Shown: positions 9,551 to 20,235 of the stretch, in pieces
Position numbering within the stretch: the stretch's first letter is position 1
How the letters are laid out: every line of letters starts with the position of its first letter
The notes under the pieces: generated by a model
Seen by the model: the letters and a program-made list of their open reading frames with translations, nothing else
Database searches by the model: none
What the model was told of the DNA's origin: nothing
NCBI GenBank assembly: GCA_963722385.1
Contig: CAVRKK010000001.1
Location: 64,001-128,000 of the forward strand
Direction: 5' to 3'
Source: an uncultured bacterium
Lineage (GTDB): Bacteria > Babelota > Babeliae > Babelales > Babelaceae
Length of the DNA: 64,000 nucleotides
Position numbers and translations under genes: made by a program

Positions 9551-11101
9551 TTGATGGTAGCCAATTTTAAGCGAGAAATCATGATAAATATAACATTAAG
9601 CAATCGAGCCGTATACGAAGAAAAAGTTCAAGGCTTTGTCGTCTTTTGCGAGCAAGACAGTGTGGTAACGCATCCTGCTGTTATTGAGCTTGAGCGCTTT
9701 TATAAACCGCTTAAGGCATTGATTGGTGCTCGCGGTTTTACGGGTAAGCAGGGTAAATCGCTTGTTGTTGCGGGCGACGATGCAGGCCAGCCCGTATATC
9801 TTATGATGTATGGCTTGGGCAATTTCTCTGCTTTAGCGCCTGAGGACCAGATTGAGCAGTATCGGCGGGCATTGGGACTCATGGTACGCTCGGTTGAACA
9901 GCTTAAAATTTCTCGTCTTGCAGTCGGCTTTCCCGATCCTGCGCTTTTTGGTGTGACCGCCTATACGCTTGCCCAAGAGACGATGTCCACCTGCCAAATG
10001 GCCAATTTTCATTTCAATCGGTTCATGACCGATGCGCAGCACCAAATTGACGCTCAAATTGAGCTCGTGCTTTGTGTTCCTGATTATATTGCGGATGAAA
10101 GTCGCATGGGTTGTCAAAGCGGCCAATATATTGGTTACGCGGTCAATCAGGCACGCGACTGGTGCGACTTGCCCGGTAATGTAATAACGCCAACAACATT
10201 TGCCCAGCGGTGTGAGCAAATAGCAGAGACGCACGGGCTTAAGATTACCGTATTTAACAAAGAAGATATTATTGAGAAAAACATGGGGGGCATTTACGCG
10301 GTGGCCAAGGGCTCTGCTGAAGAACCCCGATTAGTAATTATGGAGTACCAATCGGGACACCCTAATGCGCCGACTGTTGCCTTGGTAGGTAAAGGAATCA
10401 CCTTTGATTCAGGGGGCTTAAGCCTCAAGCCTGCGGTGAGCATGGAGACGATGAAAGACGATATGGCTGGCGCGGTGGTTGTTATTTCTGCTCTTGAGGC
10501 GCTTGCCCATCTTAAACCTCATATTAATGTTATTGCTGCTGCACCCCTGGCTGAAAATATGCCAAGTGGGACAGCAACGAGACCAGGTGATATCATTACT
10601 TTTTATAATGGTATGACCGCTGAAGTGAAAAATACTGACGCCGAGGGGCGCCTTGTTTTAGCTGATGCGCTTTCGTACCTGGTTGCCCATTACAAGCTAG
10701 ACTGTATTATTGATTTTGCGACGCTCACTGGTTCATGCGCTGCTGCCCTCGGGCCCTTTTACGCAGGCATGATGACCAAGGATGATGCTCTTGCTCAGCA
10801 GCTTATTGCTTCTTCGCAGCGCTCAGGCGATCGAATTTGGCGCTTGCCGTTCCACGACGATTACAAGGTGGCAATACAGTCATCAGTAGCCGATCTTTGC
10901 AATATAGGCCAGGACAAGTATCGAGCTGGTGCTATCACCGCGGGCTTTTTCTTGTCCAATTTTGTCGGTACGGTACCGTGGGCCCACTTTGATATTGCCG
11001 GTACCGCCTTCAATGTGCCAGACATGAGCTATTTGCGTTCAGGTGCCACGGGCTTTGGCGTGCGGCTTTGCGTTGATTTAGCCAGGAATTGGCCTGTTTA
11101 A
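9551..11101 (+). CDS. pepA: Leucyl aminopeptidase (M17)
   Basis: VGKGITFDSGG, MKDDMAG, NTDAEGRLVLAD; true start may be 9581. Confidence 0.95.
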   Translation: MMVANFKREIMINITLSNRAVYEEKVQGFVVFCEQDSVVTHPAVIELERFYKPLKALIGARGFTGKQGKSLVVAGDDAGQPVYLMMYGLGNFSALAPEDQIEQYRRALGLMVRSVEQLKISRLAVGFPDPALFGVTAYTLAQETMSTCQMANFHFNRFMTDAQHQIDAQIELVLCVPDYIADESRMGCQSGQYIGYAVNQARDWCDLPGNVITPTTFAQRCEQIAETHGLKITVFNKEDIIEKNMGGIYAVAKGSAEEPRLVIMEYQSGHPNAPTVALVGKGITFDSGGLSLKPAVSMETMKDDMAGAVVVISALEALAHLKPHINVIAAAPLAENMPSGTATRPGDIITFYNGMTAEVKNTDAEGRLVLADALSYLVAHYKLDCIIDFATLTGSCAAALGPFYAGMMTKDDALAQQLIASSQRSGDRIWRLPFHDDYKVAIQSSVADLCNIGQDKYRAGAITAGFFLSNFVGTVPWAHFDIAGTAFNVPDMSYLRSGATGFGVRLCVDLARNWPV

Positions 11102-12217
11102 GGGTGTATCGGTTGGATCAGCTTGCACGCAGTTCATGATAATCCCCAGCATCCACATGTCGCAAATCAGGGCTGATCGGCCGTAGCTAATAAAGGGCAA
11201 GCCGATGCCTTTGGTTGGAAGTAAACTTGTAGCGACAGCAATATTTACTGCTGCTTGGATACTAATGAGCAGCACGAAGCCCAGGACGACATAGGCAGAA
11301 AACTGGTCTTTGAGCTGGTGAGTAAGCTTGAGCCCATAGTATAAAAAAAGTATATAAAGCATGATCAATAAGCACGAACCGATAAAGCCTGTTTCTTCAG
11401 CGATAATTGAGAAAATAAAATCAGTATGTTGCATGGGCAGGTAGAAATATTTTTGCTTTGAATTGGCGATGCCGACGCCGCCTAAGCCTCCCGAGCCTAT
11501 CGCAATGAGCGACTGTATAATCTGGAAGCCCGAGCCTTGCGGGTCTTTCCAAGGGTTAAGGAACACCAATATGCGCTTAAACCGGTAGGGCTTGAAATAG
11601 ATGAGCATGGCAGTGATTGGTATGAGCGGAACAATGGTAGCGATAAGATGCTTGGTATTGATTCTTGCCAAAAAAAAGAGCAGAAATGCCATTGAGCACG
11701 TTGTTACCATTTGGCCAAAGTCAGGCTGTTTGAGCAGAACGGCGGCGACCGCTGTTAATATGCATAAAAAGGGTAAGTAGCTATACCAAAATGAGTTAAG
11801 CGAGTAATGCTTTTTGGTTAAAATGTAAGCCAGGTACAGTATAAGTGATATTTTGAGCAGGTCGCTTGGCTGGAAAGTAAATTTCAGTATTGAGATCCAG
11901 CGCCGTGAGCCATGGATAGAGATTCCCAGTCCTGGTATGAGTGTCAGGGCGGTCACGAGCAATGAGCCGACAAAAATAAGGGGCGCGGTTTTTTTGATGA
12001 GCGCGAGAGGAATCAGTCGTATAATAATCATTCCGGCTAGGCCAAGTACAAATCCGGTCAGTTGCTTAAAAACGAAATAGTGCGGTGAGCCATAGCGATC
12101 AAGTGCGTAAATTGAGCTTGATGAGTAGACAAAAATAAAGCCCACGATGAAAAGAATTGCGCTTATGACAAGTAAGCCAATTAGAGGTCTTGTGGTAGAT
12201 CGTTGAAGTTGGTACAT
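11078..12217 (-). CDS. ftsW: SEDS peptidoglycan polymerase FtsW
   Basis: Multi-TM; GSRRWI, FQPSD, QPDFG, LPMQHTDFIF, GLPFISYG; adjacent to murD. Confidence 0.9.
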   Translation of the reverse strand: MYQLQRSTTRPLIGLLVISAILFIVGFIFVYSSSSIYALDRYGSPHYFVFKQLTGFVLGLAGMIIIRLIPLALIKKTAPLIFVGSLLVTALTLIPGLGISIHGSRRWISILKFTFQPSDLLKISLILYLAYILTKKHYSLNSFWYSYLPFLCILTAVAAVLLKQPDFGQMVTTCSMAFLLFFLARINTKHLIATIVPLIPITAMLIYFKPYRFKRILVFLNPWKDPQGSGFQIIQSLIAIGSGGLGGVGIANSKQKYFYLPMQHTDFIFSIIAEETGFIGSCLLIMLYILFLYYGLKLTHQLKDQFSAYVVLGFVLLISIQAAVNIAVATSLLPTKGIGLPFISYGRSALICDMWMLGIIMNCVQADPTDTPLNRPIPG

Positions 12218-12333
12218 GGCCAGCTCGCTGTTTTTTGTTTGTTCAACGTACTAAGTTTTGTTTTATAATAGCAAGTGATTCAGGCTATCTTGATAATTAA
12301 TTTATAGCACTTCTTATTGCTGCGTAGTAAAGA

Positions 12334-13683
12334 TTAGCGGTGCTCTTCGGTTATAGAACGTAGGTGTTGTCGAACTAACTCTTGGAATACCTGTCCGCGG
12401 TGGGAATATGAGGTAAATAGATCATAGCTTGCTCCTGATGGCGAGAGTAAGATCTGGTCGCCTTTTTGAGCATCTTGTACTGCTTGAGAAAATGCCGATT
12501 CAAGCGTCGTGTGGGGACTTGCGGGAATACCGACGTGATCGCAGAAGGAGGCGAGTTGATGTGCCTCAACGCCAAAGCAGTGCACGCTCTTTACCTTATG
12601 AGCAAGTGCTTGGACAAGGGGTTGGCGATTGATGCCTTTGCTGATGCCACCAAGTAACAAAATGATAGGCCGTTGTGCTAACTGATTGACGGCGGCGAGC
12701 GTTGATTCAGGTACGGTGGATTTTGAATCATCGTAAAAGTCGATCTGATGAGCTTTCCCTACATGCTGCAGTCGATGGTCTGGTAATTGGGTGTTAATCT
12801 GGCGTAAAGAAGACAACGGCCTGCCCAGCGTGTCCAGCGTGGCAACTACCGTCAGCCAATTAAGAGCAAACGAAATGGGCGGCATGTCGGTCTTGGAAGC
12901 GAGCGGAACGCAAGAGCCTTGGTGTTCCTTAATGACTACTGAACGGTCATAATAGTATAACGTATCGAATGTGGTAAAATAGGTCGGCTTATCAAGAGAG
13001 AACGTGGAGAGAGGCCGATCGCTTCCTAGCTCTAACCGTATCTGTTCAGCGCATTCGGCATTGACGAGCGCTCGTTGGTGATCTTTTTGATAGCGGAGTA
13101 GGTTGCATTTGACTTTTATGTATTTTTCAGTGCTTTCATGTCGATCAAGGTGGTTTGGGTAGAGATTGGTGATAACCGCTAAATCTGGTGCGAACTGGTT
13201 AGAAAGCTCAAGCTGAAAGCTCGAGAGCTCAGCCACGAGCCACTGGGCATCGGTCGATACAATATCAAGCAAGCCGACACCAATATTGCCAGCGGTTGCT
13301 ATCTTAAGGCCTGATGCCAAGAGCGCTTGCGATATCAAGTGGGTGACTGAGGTTTTTCCCAGGCTGCCGGTAATAGCTATGCTTGGCAATGATACGAGCG
13401 AACTAAAAAAATCGAGTTCACCAAGCCACTTATGAGCATGCTGAGCGTAAGGCCGCAGGTCGATTCCCGCGCTTGGAATAATCGTGTCATATGTGGAAAA
13501 AAAGAGATCTTTCTGATCTTCGGAATAAAAACAAGTGTTGTGCTGATTGAGAAATGTTTGTTCAGCTGGGTTTGGTGTGCGTTTGTCCATGCACCCGAGC
13601 TCATAACCTTGACTATAAAGGTATCTGATGGCGGATTTGCCGACGATACCCAATCCCCAAACACCTATCTTGTTTAGCCGCAC
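12334..13683 (-). CDS. murD: UDP-MurNAc-L-Ala:D-Glu ligase
   Basis: ITGSLGKT, ELSSFQL, HLDRH, DDSKST, LLSPSGASYDLF. Confidence 0.92.
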   Translation of the reverse strand: MRLNKIGVWGLGIVGKSAIRYLYSQGYELGCMDKRTPNPAEQTFLNQHNTCFYSEDQKDLFFSTYDTIIPSAGIDLRPYAQHAHKWLGELDFFSSLVSLPSIAITGSLGKTSVTHLISQALLASGLKIATAGNIGVGLLDIVSTDAQWLVAELSSFQLELSNQFAPDLAVITNLYPNHLDRHESTEKYIKVKCNLLRYQKDHQRALVNAECAEQIRLELGSDRPLSTFSLDKPTYFTTFDTLYYYDRSVVIKEHQGSCVPLASKTDMPPISFALNWLTVVATLDTLGRPLSSLRQINTQLPDHRLQHVGKAHQIDFYDDSKSTVPESTLAAVNQLAQRPIILLLGGISKGINRQPLVQALAHKVKSVHCFGVEAHQLASFCDHVGIPASPHTTLESAFSQAVQDAQKGDQILLSPSGASYDLFTSYSHRGQVFQELVRQHLRSITEEHR

Positions 13684-13696
13684 CTATGTTTCCTTA

Positions 13697-14724
13697 TCAC
13701 ATAAGCAGGCAATGGCTTTTTTTTGCTCCATGGTCTTTCAAGAGTTTTTGAATTTTAACGAGACGCTCAATTTTTTCTTTAGAAAGTTTCTTGGCGGGGC
13801 TATTGAGCTTTTTTTCTAAATACGCTAGCGGTGTTCCTCTTTCGCTAGGCCGATTGACGTCAGAGCCGTAACGAATTAACAATTCGACTAACGTATCATC
13901 GCCCTCTGCAATAGCTTTTTCCATTAATGTTAAACCTTTAGTGGTCGGGGCATCTGGTTGAGCACCATTTTGTAAAAGCAATTCGACCATTTCATAATTA
14001 ATAATTATTTCGCACTCGTCATAGCACCTTCTAACAATGTCTACTTTTGCGAGGACTATCTCTATTTTGTGACATTTGCTTATTAAGTACATTACCATTT
14101 CTCTATCGGCATTTGAGCCTCTTGCAGCGTTCGCCAGGCATTGTGGTGTGACTTCTACGTTATACTCTTCAACTATTACCTTTACCATGGCAATATGGCC
14201 AGCTAAAAGAGCAGAACTAAGACAATTATCAAGAGCAGAACCAAAACGATCATCTAAATCACTTACTATTGCTCCATGCTTAGTAAGTTCCCTCAATATT
14301 TCTATATTGCCTCTTTTTCCTACTAGCCGGATATCATGCCGGCTTACTTGAGCACCAAGCGCAAGAAGCTTACGCACCATTTTGAGGTACCTCCCTTTAT
14401 TGCCATTTCCAAAAGAGATGTTTTTTCTTCTTTATTGGTGTCGACATAGACGTGCAACATTTGTGACCCGCCGATATAGAGCTTTTTTTGAAGTATATTT
14501 ATATTGAAAGTTTTATCGACGGTATATCCGCTATTCATAAGCTCTTCGATCTGTTGATCAACCGTTATTTCTTCTAAAGTAGGAACTTGAACTTGTGGAG
14601 AAGTCCGGTGGGCCCACGGATTTTCCATAGCTATTGTCAGATTACTTATGCTAAGCAAGCTCAGCAAGCTGCCGATGTGGCACCACAGCTGACTTTTTTT
14701 ATGAAAAAATTGATTGGTAGCCAT
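13697..14724 (-). pseudogene. Secreted ankyrin protein split by one frameshift (~14385); C-terminal CaaX motif
   Basis: The signal-peptide ORF 14344..14724 ends mid-ankyrin (SLLEMAIKGG) and continues in ORF 13697..14380 (MVRKLLALGA...); ends KKSHCLLM. Confidence 0.7.
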
Positions 14725-15001
14725 GTTTTTTCCTCATAATCGTGCAATGCCTTAAGTGCTTTCAATTTATCACGAAAGGCATTTCCTGACAAACGCTCTT
14801 AGGGCGCAGTTAACAGGCGAGCAGATACGATTAATCAATTCAAGTGCAAAAGAGCGTTGTGTCGCTCATGCTAAAGAAATAAAAGAACAAGCATGCAGTT
14901 CAGCCACACGAAGCTTTATTTTTGTGGCTATTTTACGAGCATTAGTTTATTCTCAGGCCAATGGTATTCCGTCGACTTTCATCACTAAACGATAGGTCAT
15001 T

Positions 15002-15673
15002 ATGTTCAAAAGGATCATTGGTGGCGTATTATTCTGCGCAATGTTTGTAAGTTGTATAATGTTGCCTGATAATGCTCGATGCGCAGCAAGCCTTGCTGGA
15101 TCATTGGCCAACGGAGATGGTGGCATATTGCTCAGAATGCTCAAGCAGGCGTGTTCTCGCGATTGGAAGGAGTGCATTCCGCTCCTTGATCCAACATCAT
15201 CTGTTAACGATATTATGGCAATGCATGGAATTAATGAATACGTAGCGATACAATGTGGGGAGCTTTCGTGCATTTCGTCCAACATTTTCAGGACATTGGG
15301 CAAGCCTTTTCTCTGGGGTTGTGATAAAGAGGGCAAGCCATTTATTGCTGTTATCTATGACGTGTATACGCTTGGTGGGTCGGTTGTTGCCAGAGGCGTG
15401 ATTCAGACATTCGTTCAAGCGCAAGCGGATAAACCGGGCATATGGATATCTCGGGCTCATCGTGGACGCGAGAAATTTATTCGGCATATGCACGCTCTCT
15501 GTGATGATGCAGCGCAGGAAGAAGAGGTTAATTTTAATGAGTTTCAAACACTGGCCAAGCTTATGCTTGATGGCGAAGTTGTTGTCAAGCATCAAAAAAC
15601 TGGCTTTGTGAAGCTTGCTTTTGTTTCTTTGTGGAATGATATACGTCTATTTAATGCGAGTTATAAGTCTTAA
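15002..15673 (+). CDS. Hypothetical exported protein
   Basis: 223-aa ORF with N-terminal signal-like segment. Confidence 0.55.
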   Translation: MFKRIIGGVLFCAMFVSCIMLPDNARCAASLAGSLANGDGGILLRMLKQACSRDWKECIPLLDPTSSVNDIMAMHGINEYVAIQCGELSCISSNIFRTLGKPFLWGCDKEGKPFIAVIYDVYTLGGSVVARGVIQTFVQAQADKPGIWISRAHRGREKFIRHMHALCDDAAQEEEVNFNEFQTLAKLMLDGEVVVKHQKTGFVKLAFVSLWNDIRLFNASYKS

Positions 15674-15899
15674 GCTTGCTGCTTTTCGTGAGCAGCGGTT
15701 CAGCCCAAGAAACCAAAGTAGTACTGCAAAGCTCAACCTTTAGGTTCGGGTAGATCACAAAAAGTATGCCAATAACTATATGACATAATTGCTCGCCGCA
15801 CGAGTCGGATAACAAAGCTGTCAGATTAATAACTGTTTGCCTGTGAAATCAAAGAAGGTTAGAGCAGTGCTAGAAAGACGCTGCTCTACACGTAATTGT

Positions 15900-16165
15900 T
15901 TATTGGTGGTGAGTTTTTGATCCATGGAGCGGATTGAGCAGGAGGGACAAGGGCAGGGCAATCACATCAGGTGAAAGGCGTTGTAGCTGTGTAGCGCGTT
16001 GGTTAAGATTGAAGTCGAGAGCATGCGACTTTCCTGATGAGCTTATACTGGTTATAGCAGTAAGCAGGTCATGTAATGTCTCCTTCTCTTGTTCAGAAAG
16101 ATGAGGAAGACATCAACATTGCCGACAAGTGCAGCGCGGGCAAGGCCCTGCAGGAAGGCTAACAA
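15900..16165 (-). pseudogene. Remnant of the C-terminus of an ankyrin / F-box-like family gene
   Basis: Minus-strand fragments QGLARAALVGNVDV (cf. QGLRLAALRGNREV in 60565..62370) and LQRLSPDVIALPLSLL (cf. ISRLPSEVIDLIARRL); hairpin at ~15860-15888 downstream. Confidence 0.45.
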
Positions 16166-16226
16166 TCAAAACACTTGTGTAATTTTGCAATTTAATCTAA
16201 TATTTACACAAACTAGGGGAGGAGTT

Positions 16227-16568
16227 ATGTTTACTCGAGATCTATCGGCAAAGTTAAAATACTTTTCTTCTAAGTTGCCTGTGGTAGCTATTTTAGGGCC
16301 GCGGCAATCAGGAAAGACAACTTTAGCTCAAATGACGTTTCCGGATCATCATTATATTAGTCTTGAAGATATCGATCAGCGTCTTTTTGCTACGAGTGAT
16401 CCACGGCGATTCTTGAGAGAAAATGAAAATGAACACGGTCTTATTCTTGATGAAATTCAGCATGCACCGGACTTGCTCTCTTACATTACACCTCAAGAAA
16501 TTTGCGCACATCAAGATTCGTTAACGGGGCAATGCGTAAAGGCTTATATAGCAGCCAATCAGCCTTAA
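16227..16568 (+). pseudogene. Truncated AAA_14/DUF4143-family ATPase
   Basis: PVVAILGPRQSGKTT and LILDEIQHAP match the N-terminus of 62565..63740; similarity ends after about 85 aa. Confidence 0.8.
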
Positions 16569-16810
16569 CAACTATATACGCTGAACTCATAAAAGTCAGA
16601 GTGCTTACAGGGCTTGCTAGAGTATAAAAATCTTTTTCATAGAGTTTCTTGACTAAAAACTTCATATCTGAAATTTAATATAATTATCATTAAAAAAAGC
16701 AAGGGTTTTGTCCTCATAGGCAATGCTGCTTGCCAAAAAAGAGCTTGTAAAATGAATACTCATAGAGTCATACTTTAAAAGTGCTTTGATACAAAAGAAA
16801 AGGCTTGAAC

Positions 16811-18328
16811 ATGAAAATAAGGCTTTATCAAATTATTGCTCTTATGGTATGGTCATTAACGCATTTTAGAGCTGAAGCGCTTACGATGACACTCGAAAAT
16901 GGCGCTCCTGTTGGTGATAACGAAAATTCTCAGACGGCAGGTCCTGGGGGCCCTATCTTATTGCAAGATGTTCATCTTTTGCAAAAGTTTCAGAAATTCG
17001 ATAGAGAAAGAATACCTGAGCGTGTTGTTCACGCTCGCGGCATTGGGGCTTTTGGTGAGTTTGTCTCCGCAGGGAATGCTTCGGATATAACAAGTGCAAG
17101 TCTTTTTGCTCGTGCTGGCAAAGTTACATCTGTTTTTGTTCGTTTTTCTGTTGTTACGCATCCAAAAGCTTCACCTGAGACATTGCGTGACCCACGTGGA
17201 TTTGCTACAAAATTTTATACTGATCAAGGTAACTGGAACCTCGTTTGTAATAACTTGCCTGTCTTTTTTGTTCGAGACCCTTTAAAATTTCCCGACGTTG
17301 TACACGCATTTAAGCCGTCTCCTGTTACTAATGTACAAGACCCTAATCGTATCTTTGACCTTCTAAGTTATTACCCAGAGAGTACCTTTATGATGACGCT
17401 TGTATTCTCAGATCTTGGTATACCAGCATCATATCGCAGGATGGATGGGCATAGCGTCAATGCATACAAATTTGTCACTGCAAAAGGCAAAGTTTGTTAC
17501 GTCAAGTTTCACTGGAAAAGTTGCCAAGGAATAAAAAACCTTACGAGTGAGCAAGCACAAGAAGTACAAGGCAAAGATTTTAATAATCTTACTAATGATC
17601 TGTACGCTGCTATCAAGAGCCATGAATACCCACAATGGGACCTGTATGTTCAGGTACTGGATCCTGCAGACTTTGACAAGTTTACTTTTGACCCTCTTGA
17701 TGCTACCAAAATATGGCCCGGTATTCCCGAGCGCAAGCTAGGAACGATGACGCTAAACCGGATACCCCATAATTTTTTTCAAACAACGGAACAGTCGGCA
17801 TTTCCCGTTTCTGATCTTGTGCCGGGTATAGAACCATCAGAGGATAAAATTTTGCAAGCGCGCTTATTTTCTATGCAAGACTCTCAATTTCATCGCTTAG
17901 GTGCCAACTTTCACCAGATTCCTATTAACCGTCCGCATGTGCGAGTACTTAATTATGACCAAGATGGGCAAGGGGACCAAAGTAAGCGGCAGAACGAAGT
18001 TAATTATGAGCCATCAGTAAGTATGTGTACCTATAAACCAAATGCACGCTATCGCGCTGTTGAAACACCTCGGGGCACAAGGATTGCTAAAGCTAACGAT
18101 TTCGAGCAGGCAGGCATGTTTTACCGTTCATTAGATAAGGCAGGACAAGACCGCCTTATTGCAAACTTGGGTGGAGCACTGAAGGAGGTTAAAAATAATA
18201 ACGTAAAGCAAACTATTTTGAGCTATTGTTATAAAGCAGATGCTGATTATGGGTCTCGCCTTACTTTGCTGGTGGGTGGAGATAGTGCTGATATTAAAAA
18301 TCGTGCAAGTAAGCTTTCATCAGAATGA
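16811..18328 (+). CDS. Monofunctional heme catalase with signal peptide; proximal Tyr absent as sequenced
   Basis: FDRERIPERVVHARG, RDPRGFATKFYT, LVPGIEPSED; RLFSM in place of RLFSY. Confidence 0.9.
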   Translation: MKIRLYQIIALMVWSLTHFRAEALTMTLENGAPVGDNENSQTAGPGGPILLQDVHLLQKFQKFDRERIPERVVHARGIGAFGEFVSAGNASDITSASLFARAGKVTSVFVRFSVVTHPKASPETLRDPRGFATKFYTDQGNWNLVCNNLPVFFVRDPLKFPDVVHAFKPSPVTNVQDPNRIFDLLSYYPESTFMMTLVFSDLGIPASYRRMDGHSVNAYKFVTAKGKVCYVKFHWKSCQGIKNLTSEQAQEVQGKDFNNLTNDLYAAIKSHEYPQWDLYVQVLDPADFDKFTFDPLDATKIWPGIPERKLGTMTLNRIPHNFFQTTEQSAFPVSDLVPGIEPSEDKILQARLFSMQDSQFHRLGANFHQIPINRPHVRVLNYDQDGQGDQSKRQNEVNYEPSVSMCTYKPNARYRAVETPRGTRIAKANDFEQAGMFYRSLDKAGQDRLIANLGGALKEVKNNNVKQTILSYCYKADADYGSRLTLLVGGDSADIKNRASKLSSE

Positions 18329-18533
18329 GCTAAAGAAGGATGCCTTTCTTGGTATTCTTCTGAGCAGTAATATATTTAATTACTCCGCTCTCCTAAAATA
18401 CCGTCTTATTGCCACCAAGGAATCTCTCCTTCATAAATTTCTTCGAAGGCTAGCGCATTTTAGATTTCTTTTATCTGATCTCACTGATATACTGATGATA
18501 AAATATGATATAATTTAATTTTTGGTGAAGATT

Positions 18534-20093
18534 ATGAAGTTTTTTGTGTTTACTTGTGTTTTGTCTGTGCTATTAGGCTGTTCTTGTTTTTCATGGACCA
18601 TGACCGACATACCAGGGAAGGAGAAAGAAAAAGAGCATGAGCATGAGTCCTCCGAAGAAAGCAAGCAGAAACCTGCTTGGAGCAAAGAGGTCCAATCTCA
18701 ACTCTTTCATGCTTTGATCAGTGATAATGTTCTCGATCGGATTAAAGAAGATATTCGCAACAACGGTGAAGACCCGTTCTCCACGCTTCTTGCGGTCTTA
18801 GAAAAAACCAAAGTTGATTTAGAAGCAGCGCGAGAAGCGTTAGAAAATGGGGCCAATCCAAGCTCATGGGAAAAACTTAATTTCGGGCTATTTGCAGAAG
18901 ACGACATCTTACCAGAACCTCTTTGGATAGCAAGCGAAATAGGAAATAAGGATCTCGCTCAACTCCTCCTTACGTATGGTGCCAATCCTAATGCTCCCTC
19001 CGCAATGAGTCTTGAACCACTTTCAAATTCTATAAGCCAGGGTTTTTTTGACTTCGCACAACTCCTGCTTGGAAGCGGTGCACATACCATACCAAGCCAA
19101 GCATTTGAAGCCTTATCCATTTTCTCCCCAAGACAGACTCGACCAAAACTCGACTTTTTCAAATTATTGGTAACTTACGGTCTTAACCTAAATAACAGTG
19201 ATGCTATAGAGATCCTTTCAAGCTCTTTAAGTGATGGTATTTCCACCAGAAATTCGCTTCTTCGCGGGGAACAAAATCCCGAGACCATAAATTGGCTCCG
19301 AAATTATTTAAACCCCTCTCAAATCGCCCATCTTACCAGAGAAAAAAGCAATGAAGAAAAGGCTCAAATTTCAAATGAGCATTCACAGCAAATATCTTTG
19401 GCCATATCGCTTATTCTGTTTGGGGCTTATAGAAATAGTCGATTAAATCCTAGTTTCCGTGAACTTGCTAAGAACATAGGGCTACCTGAATCATCGCCCT
19501 TTTATCTGATACCTCTAGGCCAGATCGAACCAGTAATGAGGCGCCTTGAAGAACTAACTTCAGCGGAGCCTTTGGCTGAACAAAGATCAAAGGAAACAAT
19601 CAGCTACTTCACGGAAGTATTTACACTTGCAGCTGCTTACAGCATTGAACCTATTATCGAATTTATCATCAAAAACAACGCATATTCTGCAGAAACAATC
19701 ATCTTAGCTTTTAATACAGCCACAGCTATCGGCGACTTGCCCATTCTTAAAATTTTGAGATTTTACATTCCTCATGATGCGTTGTGGCAACTTATCAATA
19801 ATAATTTGCAGATCGCTGCTACTCAGTTACATATAGATATTGTTCAGTATTTTCTTCTGCTTGCCAATGAGCTTGGCAAACGAATTGATATAATATCGGT
19901 AAATAACTTCATCAGCAATCTCCTTCGTGATCAATTACTCGAGCCCAATATAAGAAGTATTTATCTACATATTCAATCGCTTTTATGGGATTACGTTCTC
20001 AATCAAACCCGAAGACAAAGTTACTTAGGCCAAATAATGCCCGAAACCCTTCATCACATTCGTAGTTTTGTGGTACATGGTCAAAAACCTTAG
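18534..20093 (+). CDS. Secreted ankyrin repeat protein, paralog 1
   Basis: Signal peptide, PLWIASEIGNKDLAQLLLTYGANPN; colinear with the next gene. Confidence 0.8.
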   Translation: MKFFVFTCVLSVLLGCSCFSWTMTDIPGKEKEKEHEHESSEESKQKPAWSKEVQSQLFHALISDNVLDRIKEDIRNNGEDPFSTLLAVLEKTKVDLEAAREALENGANPSSWEKLNFGLFAEDDILPEPLWIASEIGNKDLAQLLLTYGANPNAPSAMSLEPLSNSISQGFFDFAQLLLGSGAHTIPSQAFEALSIFSPRQTRPKLDFFKLLVTYGLNLNNSDAIEILSSSLSDGISTRNSLLRGEQNPETINWLRNYLNPSQIAHLTREKSNEEKAQISNEHSQQISLAISLILFGAYRNSRLNPSFRELAKNIGLPESSPFYLIPLGQIEPVMRRLEELTSAEPLAEQRSKETISYFTEVFTLAAAYSIEPIIEFIIKNNAYSAETIILAFNTATAIGDLPILKILRFYIPHDALWQLINNNLQIAATQLHIDIVQYFLLLANELGKRIDIISVNNFISNLLRDQLLEPNIRSIYLHIQSLLWDYVLNQTRRQSYLGQIMPETLHHIRSFVVHGQKP

Positions 20094-20235
20094 CGAGGCT
20101 GAGGACTGATTCATTTTTCTCTTATTGAGGTTATTAAGTGCTCATTTTCGCCAGAATTTACCTCATCCTTGACTTAACTTGACTTAAATCGAAGATTTGC
20201 ATATTATAAATACTATAATTTAATTTTTAGAACTC

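Noticed and set aside
16035..16100. CTGATGAG followed by a stem, as a hammerhead ribozyme
   Set aside because: The stem is followed by AGGT, not the required GAAA; the region is better explained as a minus-strand gene remnant.
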